This document shows, piece after piece, positions 25,831 to 39,420 of a DNA stretch of 64,000 bases; the stretch's first letter is position 1; every line of letters starts with the position of its first letter. The stretch lies in the NCBI GenBank assembly GCA_039096225.1, contig JBBPEB010000020.1, forward strand, positions 310,001-374,000, read 5' to 3'. The notes under the pieces were generated by a model. That model saw nothing but the letters and a program-made list of their open reading frames with translations, was not told the DNA's origin and did no database searches. A program made the position numbers and the translations under genes. The stretch is from Blastocystis sp. Blastoise. Lineage: Eukaryota > Protista > Bigyra: Opalinata.

Positions 25831-26141
25831 ACATCAAGTGTCAACTTGGAACTTTTAAAATAACAAATGTCAACTTGGAACTTTTAAAACATCAAATGTC
25901 AACTTGGAACTTTTAAAACATCAAGTGTCAACTTGGAACTTTTAAAACATCAAGTGTCAACTTGGAACTTTTAAAACATCAAATGTCAACTTGGAACTTT
26001 TAAAACATCAAGTGTCAACTTGGAACTTTTAAAACATCAAGTGTCAACTTGGAACTTTTAAAACATCAAATGTCAACTTGGAACTTTTAAAACATCAATT
26101 GTCAACTTGGAACTTTTAAAACATCAAGTGTCAACTTGGAA
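25831..26141 (-). repeat. Right-TIR tandem array, 11 x 29 bp
   Basis: Reverse complement of the 10772-11290 unit. Confidence 0.95.
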
Positions 26142-27009
26142 ACTGACTACCTAAATTCTTGACTATTGGGAATTATCCCTTATATATATTCTAATCCAAA
26201 TAGGTAAAAAAGATTTCAAGAATACCGACATGTAATTTTCTACATGATTTGTTTACAGTTGAAGTACTTTTCCATTCTTATTGGTTTACAACTTATGTGT
26301 AGTGTTCAAATTGATGGTTTTCAAAAGAAAAACAGTATATATATTTTGAATTTCAGAATGTGATCCATTTTTATATTGTTATGTATCTTATATGTTTTTA
26401 TATCATTATATATTAATATACTAATGTTATTATGTTATTTACAACGTTTTATTTTATTATTTAAAAATAGATTAGGCTAATTATAGATTTATATATGGTG
26501 TAAATGTGTTATGTAGTTGATTGAAACGTTATCATGTGGTTTTAGTTTATAGATCAATCATTATGTCTTATACAATATTATTATTAGTAGAACTATATTA
26601 TTCTTTCTTCTAGTATATATATTTCATCTATTTACACTTTATCAATCTATACCGTATTATATATAAACATATTACTTTACTATTCTTATATATTCATAGA
26701 ATATGTTGCTATTATAATAAACAAGGTACTTAACAAACAATACTTTATAAAATAGGTATATATAAAAATGTATATAAAATGTGTATATAAAATATGCATA
26801 TAAAATATATATATATAATATGTGTATATAAAATATATATATATAATATGTGTATAAAAATAATATTAATAAAAAGTATATATAGTATCAATGATTACAT
26901 GAAATGGATTAATGTAAATATATTAATCAAATAGATAACTATATATAAATGATATTAATGATATATTGATTAATAAATATCAATTCTGTCTTCATAGTGA
27001 ATACTTCTC

Positions 27010-30000
27010 TTAACATATGGCACTCTCTTCTTCTCCTTCTCCATATTGATCTCTGCTTTGTTCTTACGTCTATTAATTATTGGTTTACCTTTAGATTGCA
27101 TTGAATATGAATGCTTCATTATTCTTACAATTGGTACTTGATCAAGGATTGATGCATCAAGTAACCTATATAAAGTATATATATATAATAATATAATAAT
27201 ATAATAATATCTATAAATAATAATAATTATATGTATAGATAGAATAGAAACAGGTAATATAGATTCTATAGAGTAAATGACATAAACTTATTAAACGAAA
27301 GTGAAAATAAGAATAGAGATATATAGTAGAGGTAAACCATAATATACATAGTAAATATAGATATTATTTATTATATATAGACTATAAAGACTATATATAG
27401 TATATATAAGTATGATATATATATATAGATTATATTGTCTCAATAGATTATATATAGTGTATATATAGTTTATATATAATATATAGATTATGTATACTAT
27501 ATATACTATATATACTATATATAGGCTATATATGCATTATATATAGACTCTATATATATATTATATATATATAGTATATATGTTCTATAAATAATCTGTA
27601 TATAGAATGTATATATATATTGATATTTTTGTATACAGTATATATAATATATGGTCTATATATATTCTTTATGGATATTGCTCAATTCCTATATAGTACT
27701 ATTGACTATTATATATAAAGCTTATAATGGTTCTTTGTAGTTATATAAACTATATATACTGTATACAAACATTGACTATATCTATACATTCTATATATGG
27801 ACTATATATATACTATATATACTATATATACTCTATATAATCTTTATAGAGACAATATAATCTATATATATCATACCTTTATATACTATATATAGTCTTT
27901 ATAATCAATATATAATAAATGATATCTATATATACTTATATATCATGGTTAACCTATATATATTAGCTTACTTTCCATCATAATTAGAATACTGTTTTGA
28001 ATACGTTTGAAAATTTTAGTTAGTTAATAGTTGAGGAAGAATTGCAGTATTAAGTGTTCCATTATTTTGTAAGTATTGAAGATATATAATTGCGTGTTTG
28101 CAAGGAGTATGCCTATTTTGAAACTCCTTGCAGTCACAAGTCATGGATATCAAATTGACTAGATAAGAAACACTATCATTAACGATAGCTGAGATCCCTT
28201 GAACTTTTTCTATCACAGTATAATTTTTATTCTTTATCTTATTATTCATCTTATCAAAGTAAGGTAAGTATATTATCTTTATAGGTAGTATATTTGATGT
28301 TCATTTGTTTTGTTATACCATAGTTATATAAAGGCAGGAACATTTTATGTATAGGAAGATTTCGATTTTTTTTAATAACTCTATTATAACTCTCGGAGAC
28401 GCTAGAAGCTATATACCACTTACATATAGATTCATAATGTTGAGTAGTACTATAATTCTTTTTCCATACATCAAGAACATCTTTACGTAGATCATCATCT
28501 TCTATTTTACTTGCTTTATCCTGTGCTTCTTCAAATGTTGAAGACTTATAACTATCTATTATATATTTTTTTGTAAGAGGATCAACCTTCAAATTGTCCT
28601 GTAATAAATGAAAGAAGCATAATATATGAGGAGAGTTAGGGAAGACCTTTGAAACAGCAGATTTGATACCTTTGGCCTGGTCTGAAATAAACGTAAATTG
28701 TTTATTACCATAAAGACTTATAAGGACTTTCTTTAATGGAGTTAGTATTGACATCCAAGCTTGTTCACTTTCTGAAGCAAAAAACTCAAATCCAAGACAT
28801 ATTGATTCGTGATTTATATTGACAGCTATATATAGTAATAGTAATAGTAATAGTAATAGTAATAGTAATAATAGTAATAGTAACAGTAATAACATATATA
28901 TTACCTGTTATAACTAATGTTACAGTACTTCCAAGACCCATAAAGGTTCCATCTAAGAATATAACAGGAGGAGATTGTGCTAATAGTTTTATATTCTCTC
29001 CAATTAAGGTACAGCAACATAATAAAGCATTATTTTTATTATCAACTTGTATTTCATCATTAACATAATCTATAGTATCATAATCTATACTATTATTAAC
29101 AACGTTTCCGTTGTATAGCATATAGAAAGCTTTATTATTATAATTTAAACTATTTATTTCTTTTACTATTTGAGGTATATAGGAATAAGATAAGTCATAA
29201 CTAGATAAATATCTAACTGTTGAGTAATGTATAAGATGCAGATTAATAGAAGGGAATAAAGACTTCAACTCATTTACAATATCTTTTAATACCATCTTAT
29301 TATACTTTTCATGACAAAGAAGATAATTATATATAAAGGTACTATTTAGAGGATTTTTAAATAACATTTTAATATTAGTTTTAATATAACATATATTATA
29401 ATTTTCTTTATTATTTTTAAGAACAGTTTCAAAATGATCTAAAGTAACAGTTCTTATAGGAGTAGTAATACCATTATATTTATCATTTAAAGCTTTCACT
29501 AATTCTTCATTATTAATACTATTATTATTATCATGATCAACTGGACTTTCTTCTTTATTTTTTCTATATCTTCTTCTTTATCTATATCTATATCTTCTTC
29601 TTCATCAATCTCATCGATATCTGGATATATAATAGTAGAATAATCAATAGTATTTTTACAGGATTCTATCATAGTTGATAATAATGAATCCATAGAAGAT
29701 GATATAAATGCTCTTTCATTATTAACTGAGTCTTCTTTATTTATTATTTCTAGTTCTTTATCACTTAATTGAAGAGAATAATGATCTACATCATGAATAT
29801 CATTTTGATTAATTTCTAACTCATTATTTATATTCGTATTTTGATTATTATTTATATCGTTTTCTAATAACTTCCATTTATTTAAATATATTCTTTCTTC
29901 TTCAATTTCTTTTTACTTATTAGACAATACATTTTGATTTATAGTATCATTTGTAATAGTATCTTTATTACTAGTATTCTTTTTCTCATAATAATCACAC

Positions 30001-30560
30001 ACTGATTTTTTTATCCTATCACCGTCTAGAAGTTCTATATAATGTGTCAAATACTTTGAACACTTCTATATATATATTTATTAAAATATTAATAAAAAAA
30101 TAATTCATTTTTCAAAAAGAGATAAAAGAGGATAAAAAGTACTATTTATAAAAACATATTTTTATTATAAAAAACTTAATAATATATTTATAATATTAAT
30201 ATACGTCTGTATCATGCTGGTGATAGTGTGATATATGATAATCACAATCTTTCAAGTTATATTGTAAAACGAAATTGCATTGCATGATGGCACACCTATA
30301 TCTCACAAATGACTTGGAACTCCTTTCAACAACGATAGAATAGCCTAACTTGTATTCCATTACTCTTAAAAAACTTCAAGTTCCTGTCTCGACGAGAATT
30401 TACTGGGAATTCCTAATAGTTTAATAATAGCTATATTCCTATATATTATGTAAGGATAGAGTATGTCTTTTACAAAGAACCCATTAAAATCGTTTTCATC
30501 TATCAGAGAGTCAAGATCTTTTCATTGATTTGTTGAAACATATAAAAAGTCGCTTTTGTC
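27010..30560 (-). pseudogene. Second MULE transposase with frameshifts
   Basis: Zn finger RYRCAIMQCNF...HQHDTD|KC, IFLDGTF, FISDQAKGI, CFFH, SVSESYN, SWIM CDCKEFQ..PCKHA. Introns 30066-30204, ~28827-28903, 27166-27971. Frameshifts near 30370, 29560, 28270 and 28020. Confidence 0.88.
27330..27955. repeat. Long imperfect palindrome inside a transposase intron
   Basis: AGGTAAACCAT...GACTATAAAGACTATATATAG...GATTATATTGTCTC pairs with GAGACAATATAATC...CTATATATAGTCTTTATA...ATGGTTAACCT. Confidence 0.8.
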
Positions 30561-31947
30561 AACGGATTCACTTTCTTATCATTCTCTTGTCGTCTCTAAA
30601 TATAATAATTCTTACTACAACTGAAAATACCTGTATGATGGAGGGAATATGTTGCAAATATTTAGAAAAACCCTCATTTTTTACTTGTTCATCTATCCTC
30701 TCAATATCTTGTCTATTTAATTTTATTATTAATTGTCAAATAAGCGAGTATTACAAGAAATAATTTTTATATATTATATTCAAGTTTTCTTGACTGGGAA
30801 TTTTTCTCTCTTTCATAACTTCAATTTAGTCGCTATTTTGTTTTCAATTCCACGGGACACTGGCATCCCTGTAAACTAGTATATACTCTGACTTTTTCAC
30901 AATTCTAGTGTCTGCCCTGATTTATTTCGAGTCAGCTATAATTTAAATATGGGAATAATCATTTTATTTTCAAAATAAACTCAAATACAGAATAAACTTA
31001 GCAATCATTAATTCTTTAAGCACCTAAACATATTATTATAAGCTGATTTCTTGTGAGTACAATTAGTTTAGCTAATTAAACATAATACTTACATATTCAT
31101 AACTTTTTAACAATATTTTACATTTCGATATTTACTTGATACAGAACAATATCTCCTCTCCTTTTGATGAAATATAGATGAATGTCTCTAACACATGTAA
31201 AAGTCAATAATATTTTGAATCTCAATCTATTAAATGAATTATTGCAAAAAATCTAAAAACTAGGCTTTAAGGGTGTACTTAACGGATTTCATATAAATAT
31301 TTACATTAATCACTCATAATTAAGTACTAATAACTGCATAATTACAAATATGTATTTAATTTCAATATTCTCTTGGTCTTCAAAAGTTGTTATATGAGTT
31401 TGAAATTTTGTATATTGACTGATTTTACCAAATTAAAAAGTACAATAGAAATAAAATCATACTATAAAAGAAATATTTAAAACTATTCTCATTATAAATT
31501 CAATAATTGGTTAAATTTCATTATTGCTGCATATTTTGTAATAAACTATGCAGTCTATTGTTTCAAAAGTATATAAACTCTCTTTTAACGGACTATTGAA
31601 AAATCCGATGTATAATTCTATATTAAAAGATAAATTTATCCGTTATACAGAATGTGTTGACATTCTATGATTCATTCAAATGGATTCAAATCATTTATTT
31701 ATATTAAATAAAATAAAAATTAAAAAAATATAAAAATTAAAAATAAAAGAAAAAATTCTCATGAATAATAAAGAAAAAGAAATGTAGAACTTCAAAAGAA
31801 TATAAGATAACAAATGATTGGATAATAAATTCAGAACCTAACAGCACAAAGCGACATATTTATCACTTATGCAAAAAAAAAAGACATACTTCTCAGAAGT
31901 AGACGTATTTAGGACATATTTATCATTTTCTCTTATTTTATTTCACT

Positions 31948-33054
31948 ATGCAAACTCTTGCTGATATTCCAACAGCTTCAGACGCAAAATATGAACAGGT
32001 ATACCAAGCATTCATAGGATATGAAAAGAAAATGGTTTTAATGATGAATCCTGATACTAAAAGTGAAGAACATCCTAACGTTCATGTAGATACAGTTATG
32101 ATATTGAAGTCTTACATCCGTGATTTAATGAATACGTATAAAGATGGTACTATAAAATATATATATAGCATTTTAAAGAAGAAATTATGGAATAAACGTC
32201 AGATTGTCGTCGATACTGAAGAAGATAATTTCATTAGAAATGGTTTCAAGCACTTTAGCAAAACCTGTGATCCAAGAAAACAGTCACCAATATTCTCAAA
32301 TGATGACATCCATGCATTTCTGTCGTTGAATAATAATTCGTTGGAGATACTTCAATTAAAGGTGTACTGTATAACTGTATACTATAGTGGCTTAAGAAGA
32401 TCTTAGTCTCATAATTTATTAAAAGGTGATTTGAAGGTATATATATATATGTATTATAAATAATATTTATTTAGTTTGAAGGTTCTTTTATTGAAATTTA
32501 TATAAACCATTCTAAAACAAATCAAAGAGGACAAGGTACAATCATGTATGTTCCAAAAGAGGTAAAATGTATTAATATTGAAAGTATAGTTTTAAATTAT
32601 TTAAAATATCATGAATACAATGATAAGCTACCTCTGTTCTTCACAATAAGAAAAAATACCTTAATTGCTTCTCCATGTGAAATTAATACTATCGCTACAT
32701 TGGCAAAGAAAATTGCAATCTTCTTAAATAAGCCTGAACCTGAAGGCTATACTGGTCATTCACTTCGAAAAACCCTTGCAACAACATTAGCAATTCAAGG
32801 TGCCAGTGAAATGCAAATTCGTGCTGCTGGTAGCTGGAAGAGTACTGGAGTCGCTTCTAGATATATTGAACAGTCTGGAGTTAGTCGTATGGAAGCAATG
32901 AAGCAAGTCACAGGTTATGATGATCAAGATCATGAAGTAAAAAGGTATGATTAGTTACGTTATTTCATTTATATATAGGTTTAAGGTTGATGATGCTACC
33001 ATTTTTAGTAAGTGTTCTTTTTCAAATTGCACCATTATGGTCAATCGTGATTGA
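31948..33054 (+). mobile_element. Crypton-like tyrosine recombinase gene, 3 exons, one in-frame TAG
   Basis: Catalytic set R (SGLRRS), K (HSKTNQ), HxxR (YTGHSLRK), W (AGSWKS), Y (SRYIE). Introns 32437-32474 and 32945-32978. C-terminal FSNCTI, stop TGA 33052-33054. TAG at 32404-32406. No RT nearby. Confidence 0.85.
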
Positions 33055-33471
33055 AAAGCTTTGGTTCCAGAAATTTGAATTTACGAAGCTCCAATTCCAC
33101 TGTCCAATAAAAATTGTTTAGAATATTAAGAAAAAATAGTTTTGCTACTAGTGTGGAAAATGATATTTTTTTAGTTGAAAGAAAACGACACAATTTGGTT
33201 TGAAATACACCCCTAGTTTGACAAAACTAAATTAAATTTGAATTAATAAATTTATAATAATGAATAGAAAGTTTTAAAAATAATACTTTCTTTTACTGTT
33301 ATAAAAATTCAAGCGTAGGCTGGCGTAGCCAGTCGTGAAACGCCTGTTATTATTAACCAGATATTTGATTTATATACGTATCAACCTATCCTTGATAAAA
33401 CCAGTTCTTCCTCTTCATACTGTAGTTTTGTTTAAACATGTTGAACAAATTAGAAATTAAATAATTAGATT

Positions 33472-35090
33472 TCAGCTATCGTGGTTATCGATAAGTAACT
33501 TCTTGAATAAAAGAATAGCATGTAGACATGGAAATTTCTGAAATTGATACATGCCACATGTAAATGTATTATTTTCATAATCAATTTTATATTCTTCTTC
33601 TACTGTTATGTTTCCAGCCTTTGTTGCATCGTCATATACATAGTGGCCTATATTAGTCATCATTGAGTTGGCGTTATCAAAAATATCTTGTATATAATCA
33701 AGGAATGGATTATTGCTGTTGGTTGCTGCTAAGTCTATTTGATATTGGTGACCATAGTTATATATTTCTATGAGCATTTGATGAACAGGAAGCTGCCTAT
33801 ACTTGTAGATTGCATTATTAAAAGACTCTGCTGGACTGGAAGATATATATCCATAGCGGTTACGTTTATCTTTCGGAAAGTCAATATTATATAGGGAACA
33901 TCCTCTATACTTATTAACCTTATCAATTTGTGTAGGAGATAGTAGTGACTCATTAATAATCTTATTCCATTCTTCTTCGTCATCTGCTAAAATTAATTGT
34001 GGCATAACAATGGATAATGGACTTCCTTTACGGCAGATCTTCTTTAAGACATGAAAGGCACACGAAAAGGGAATACATTCATTGAATACTTTTGGAATAC
34101 TGTTTTGTAGGCCTTTATCCATGTCTGAAAAGAATGATATATTATCCGTTGAACAATGTTCCTTCTCTAAAGATCTTTTGAGGTGTATCTGGAAGTTTTG
34201 CCACGTTGCAGAACATTCAACTGCATATAGACCAAAAGCTAGTAGCATTAACTTTCTCTCAATTGTAATCGTAACTACTGTCAATAAAGTTTGATTGGTT
34301 CTCTTCAAATGTGTTCCATCCAAGAAGATTATGGGCTGAGATATCTTTTTATATAGATCTATATTTGATTTTAAACTGACGAAGTAGTATAGAAATTCTT
34401 TTGATTCATTTTGATCATTAATATTAGTAGGAGTATCTTGTTCCGTACTTGCTTCTCTATTCTCATCGGTCTCTACATTATTACTGTGTCCTAATAGAAC
34501 TTCATCAAATAGATCATCACGAAAATCATCTATATTATTATTGTTAGAATTAATAATATTGCTTCTTTCTTTTTCGTATGTGGTATAATCTAAATAGTCT
34601 CTTGCATCATATGATGCTATATCCTTATAGTTCATACCTGATGGTAAACATCCATATACAGTATAGTTTCCTTTAGAATTGATTGCTTCTAGTATTCCTG
34701 GAATAAGGTTAAACTTATTATCTTCTTTGGGGCCATTTTTTTCTAGTACATATCTACATACTCCTATTGATGTATTCAATCCTTGTGTTTCTAAGTATTT
34801 CTTCATTTGAGTTGATGAATCGAAATATTTTGTTAAATTATTTTCCTTAAGATACTCTATTACTGTCTGTGAGGTGATATTCTTTTTAATTGATTTATTA
34901 GATTTATTATAAAATTAATAATTCATTGATGCAGATGAAGTCATTGCTTTAAACTTTTCAATCGTTATTCCATGAATCTCTTCGTATTCAAATATTACTA
35001 TTTCGTTATTACTATCTAAACTATAATTATTAAGTGGATTAGTATTATTAATATTATCGATGTTACTACCGTTTTCATGGCCATATCTGG
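33472..35090 (-). pseudogene. Third MULE transposase, frameshifted upstream and truncated after the SWIM domain
   Basis: IFLDGTH, FFSDMDKGL, CAFH, SSPAESFN, degenerate SWIM FTCGMYQ...PCLHA. Frame break near 34885. Confidence 0.88.
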
Positions 35091-35284
35091 ATTATTTTCA
35101 AAAACTTCATGTTAATTTTTGCTATATATAGAATTTTTTTTATAAAATTATATACAATACTTTTAATACAAATATATATATGGAATATGATGAATATGAA
35201 ATGTATATATATATATATGTAGGTTTTAACTATATATGTGTATAGGTGTGATTGAATACTTATGTAGGTATAAGTATAGATAAA

Positions 35285-35323
<39 letters not shown>

Positions 35324-36170
35324 TGTCATGCTGTAGGTCCAGTGCCTAACAACACAAGACCGCTGCTGCACAAAATTGCCAGTATTTAGTTTTTTAGTAT
35401 CTTTTATCTTTTATTATTTATTATTTATTATTAATTATTATTATTTATTATTTATTATTTATTATTATTTATTATTTATTATTAATTATTATTATTTATT
35501 ATTAATTATTATTATTTATTATTTATTATTTATTATTTATTATTATTATTATTATTTATTATTTATTATTTATTATTTTTTATTTATCACATTTCTTATG
35601 CTTGATTTGGAGAGTTTCAATCAATAAATGATTGTAACAAAGTTCAATTCATAGGGACTGGAAGAAAAATGGGCGAAATTTTGTTTATTTTCTTGTTAAT
35701 TCGAAGAATTTTTTGTTTTATTTTGGTGGAAAAAAGTTTTTTTGTTCATTTTTTGAGTTTAGACTATATTTTATGAATAATATGGAGATTCTAAAGGAGT
35801 TGCTGGTTCAATCTTTTTTATACACAAACCAGATGTACTGCCAGCATGCGTTTAGGCTAGTTATTAAAAATTATGGATAATTGCGACAGCCAAATCCATT
35901 AACTTAAAAGTATGATTGCTAAATACAATAATATATCTATTATATATAATATATAGACGATTTATAATACAAAAAGAGCAAAACAAGGTTTTTATCTAAA
36001 CAAATTAAGGTCATTTTGACCATAAAACAGTAAATAAATATAAATAAGATTACAATAAATATATTATTATATATAGGAAACGTTTTAGAGGATCTATAAG
36101 TAAATATATAAGTAAAATAAAGTAAATGTTGAAGAATTCTTAACACACTAATTATCTATTGGTTCTTGAA

Positions 36171-36727
36171 CTAAAGGTCAAATAACCATGATTTTGTGTT
36201 GTATGATTCATTTTCATCATTATTATATAGATTATCATTAATTCTTGAATAATTATAGTATTCAAACAAATAATATTTAATTCGTTGAAAACTCATATTA
36301 GATCTAGTTGGAGTTACTAAATTACTATAATATGAAAATACTCTTTCGGCTGGAGTATTCGAGACCGTTATATGAAGACTATCTAATCCAATATTAGATA
36401 TGTTCTTCAAACATGAAGGCATTGATTTACAAAATATCCTTATATCTTCAGAAGATAGGTACTTTTCTTGGTCTTCTAATGTTCTATCGTCTACATTATG
36501 TTCTATATTTAGCTTCTTTCTATATTCTTCCTAGTAATCAAAGTATGTATCTACTTCATTATTTGCTATCATATGCAATAAAGGATAAAATTTACAATAT
36601 TCTTGAAAGTCTTCTTTACTTTCTCTGTAATGCAAATAATTAAGAAAGTAATATTTTCTGTACAAATTGAACAAATCTTTATCTTTACCAAGATATTTTG
36701 AATATTTTTCATAAGCTTTATTAATTC

Positions 36728-36728
<1 letters not shown>
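36171..36728 (-). pseudogene. hAT transposase C-terminal dimerisation-domain fragment
   Basis: LHITVSNTPAERVFSYYSNLVTPTRSNMS fits the hAT S..ER.FS......R..L motif. Frame is broken. Confidence 0.8.
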
Positions 36729-36769
<41 letters not shown>

Positions 36770-36792
36770 CTTTATTATTATTTTTATTATTA

Positions 36793-36825
36793 CTAGCTGG
36801 TGGCATCGGCTTCGCCGATGCTTCG
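36793..36825 (-). mobile_element. Helitron-like 3' terminus
   Basis: Minus strand reads GCATCGGC-GAA-GCCGATGC (perfect 8-bp hairpin), CACCAG, CTAG, then T. Confidence 0.7.
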
Positions 36826-37269
36826 TATCCTTTAGAGTTATATTATTTATATAAATACTTTTTAAATATATACTATCATATAAATAATTAAAAATACTTT
36901 TAAAAAGATTTTTATGGTTTATAATAGTTTCATTAATGAAACATTTTTTAATAGTTCTCTAATAAAATTATATTTATCTAAGAAAGATATTATGATATGA
37001 AAATAAATAATAATTCTATTTATTATTTCAAGTTATTCTGCTTAAATTATTCTTTATGGAATGTTTATTTATTAATTCATATTTTTATTAGTTTTATATA
37101 AAAGAAATAATTTTATAATATTATGTATCATTGACTAAATCATAATATTTATATATATTCTTTATCTATTTACTCATTTATCATATATGATTTTATTGTA
37201 TCATGCATATATTCTATCTAAATAGATCTTATTTAGATTATATAGTTTTTAAATGAATATATATGTTTC

Positions 37270-37423
37270 GTGATATGAAATAGTAGTAGTTGAACTTTTG
37301 AATTTTAAAAATTTTAATTCTATTTTTTTATTATAAAAAACAACGCGTTGCTTTTTTATAGATAAAAAAAATAAATTAAAATTTTAAAAATTCAAAAGTT
37401 TAACTACTACTATTTCATATCAC
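37270..37423. repeat. 154-bp near-perfect palindrome (MITE-like)
   Basis: GTGATATGAAATAGTAGTAGTT... pairs with ...AACTACTACTATTTCATATCAC, centred on CAACGCGTTG. Confidence 0.85.
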
Positions 37424-37892
37424 TAATATCTACTTACTATATATAATAAAAATACATTATTGTTTATGAATAAAAATTTGTATTCATATTTTCTTCTCTA
37501 ATAACAAATAAGAATTTATTTCATAATAAAGATGTCTAAAAGTAATGGAACCAAAATTATGTCTGTTTATATATTTAAAAATTTATAAATGAAGTCATAA
37601 AATTCTTTTATTTTCATCTATAGTATAAATATGTAAGTACTTATTTAAAGCTACTTTTAAAGAGAATAAAAATGAATGAAAAATATATATATATTATCGA
37701 TTGTTTCAAATGAATTCTTATGATATGAAAATATATGTCATACTTATATATGTCATATATACTAAAAATAATTATTAGTATGACTAATATATTGTTTCAC
37801 TATTATAAATAAATATATATAATCGTTGTAATTAAAAAACAATTTTTTTTCAACCTATTAATAATATTTGTACGGGTACAATAATCAATAAA

Positions 37893-39420
37893 CAGTATTA
37901 AAAAAATATTCTTTTTTTGAGAGATATATCACTTTGAATTTTTATTTCTCAGTCAATTTTTAGTTTTTAAGAATTAATTCTTTATATATTATAATTAGAA
38001 TAAAACATATTATATATTATAAAAATATTGACTTTATTGATAGAAAAATGATGGTAGAAATAGACCTTAGTTGAAACGATAAAAACAAAAATTTTGAAAA
38101 AAATCAAAATTTTTTTTCATTTTTGACACCGAGATTCAACGATATTTTATATTTGGACTTCATATATATATGCAATATTATATTAACTATTAATATGACT
38201 TTTAAAAAGGTGTTAGGACGACGTTTTTTGGTATAAAGTCGCAATTAACTCTTTTTGACCTTTTTTAAAAAGACTTTAAAGGCAATAAATATCATAATGT
38301 AACCCTTAAGGCATCCTTACACCAAATATGAAGTCAAAAGTCGAAATTAAAGTGGTCGGAATCTGCCAATACACCAACTTTGTTGTCATAAATATGCAAT
38401 AATGACTGTTTGTGTATGATCAAGGTCACTGTATTCATAAATGTAGTCAAAAGTTGATTTTATGAGGGTCAGCCAAACAGATATCGACTCATTCTTGTCT
38501 TGAAAGAAACATGATGGGTTCAATGAGTGGCGATTTTGTCTAAATATCAGATATTAAGTCCAAATATTTTTATTAAAAGTGAAATGATTTCGATAACTCT
38601 TCGACCTTTTTATTTTAAAAATGTGTTCAAATAATTTGTAAATATAAACTGATAAAATAAAGTCTGTAACGTTTAAAATTTAATAAAATAAAAAATGTTG
38701 ACAGAACACGCAATTGAAGTTTTTTGTTAATTTTTCAACATGCTAAAAACAGGTTTTAATGACTTTTAGGATGGTTTCATGAGTTATCATGTTTATCCAG
38801 ATAGTTTTCATTAAAATTTAAAAGGGTCAAAAGAGAATGTGTCCGATATCTCAAAACTTTGTGGATCAATTTTTTTCAAAGCTTCATATATTATCATTAT
38901 TTAGGTTATTTTATGTATATAGGTTAAAATTAAGTCTATTGAGTCACTTTGATAACTGATTACTGGTCTAAATTGTTTCTAATATTTTAAAAGTTGTTTT
39001 TGTGTGTGGCGAAAAATGTTATAAATTATAAAATGAATTTATAAATAATAAATATAAAAAAATAAATAAAATATATAAAAAAAAGAAATTAAAAAGAAAT
39101 AAGAAATTTTAAAAATAAAAGATAAAAAAAATTGGATAAAAAAATTGCAAAATAAAGTTTTGCAAAAGAAAAAGAAATATAATTGAAATTTTTTTGGAAA
39201 AATGAAGACAAAATGATTAGAAGTATACACTTTGACCATGTCAATATATTTTTGGCGCGAAAATAAACAAAGATATTTGTGTTCTTTTTATCCAATAAGA
39301 ATGAGTTTTCAAAAATTTTTAATCGATTTCATAGGACGGCCAACTTGCTAACGGTCGGCAAAACTTCTCGGACAATTTTGAGGCCTTAGATATGGAATTT
39401 TTGAAAAATTAAAAAAACTA
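37893..39420 (+). repeat. Left arm of a ~1.5-kb inverted repeat (transposon arm, hAT-like start CAGTATT)
   Basis: Colinear reverse-complement similarity to 52680-54130, e.g. GAGAATGTGTCCGATATCTCAAAACTTTGTGGATCAA. Confidence 0.88.

Noticed and set aside
30841-30870. CACGGGACACTGGCATCCC as a terminus of the second MULE or of a hAT
   Set aside because: No matching opposite end or TSD found in the window.
32404-32406. Stop-codon reassignment (TAG/TAA read as Glu or Gln)
   Set aside because: Long transposase exons of 300-550 codons contain no in-frame TAA/TAG, and genes end in TAA, TAG or TGA. A point mutation or base error is simpler.
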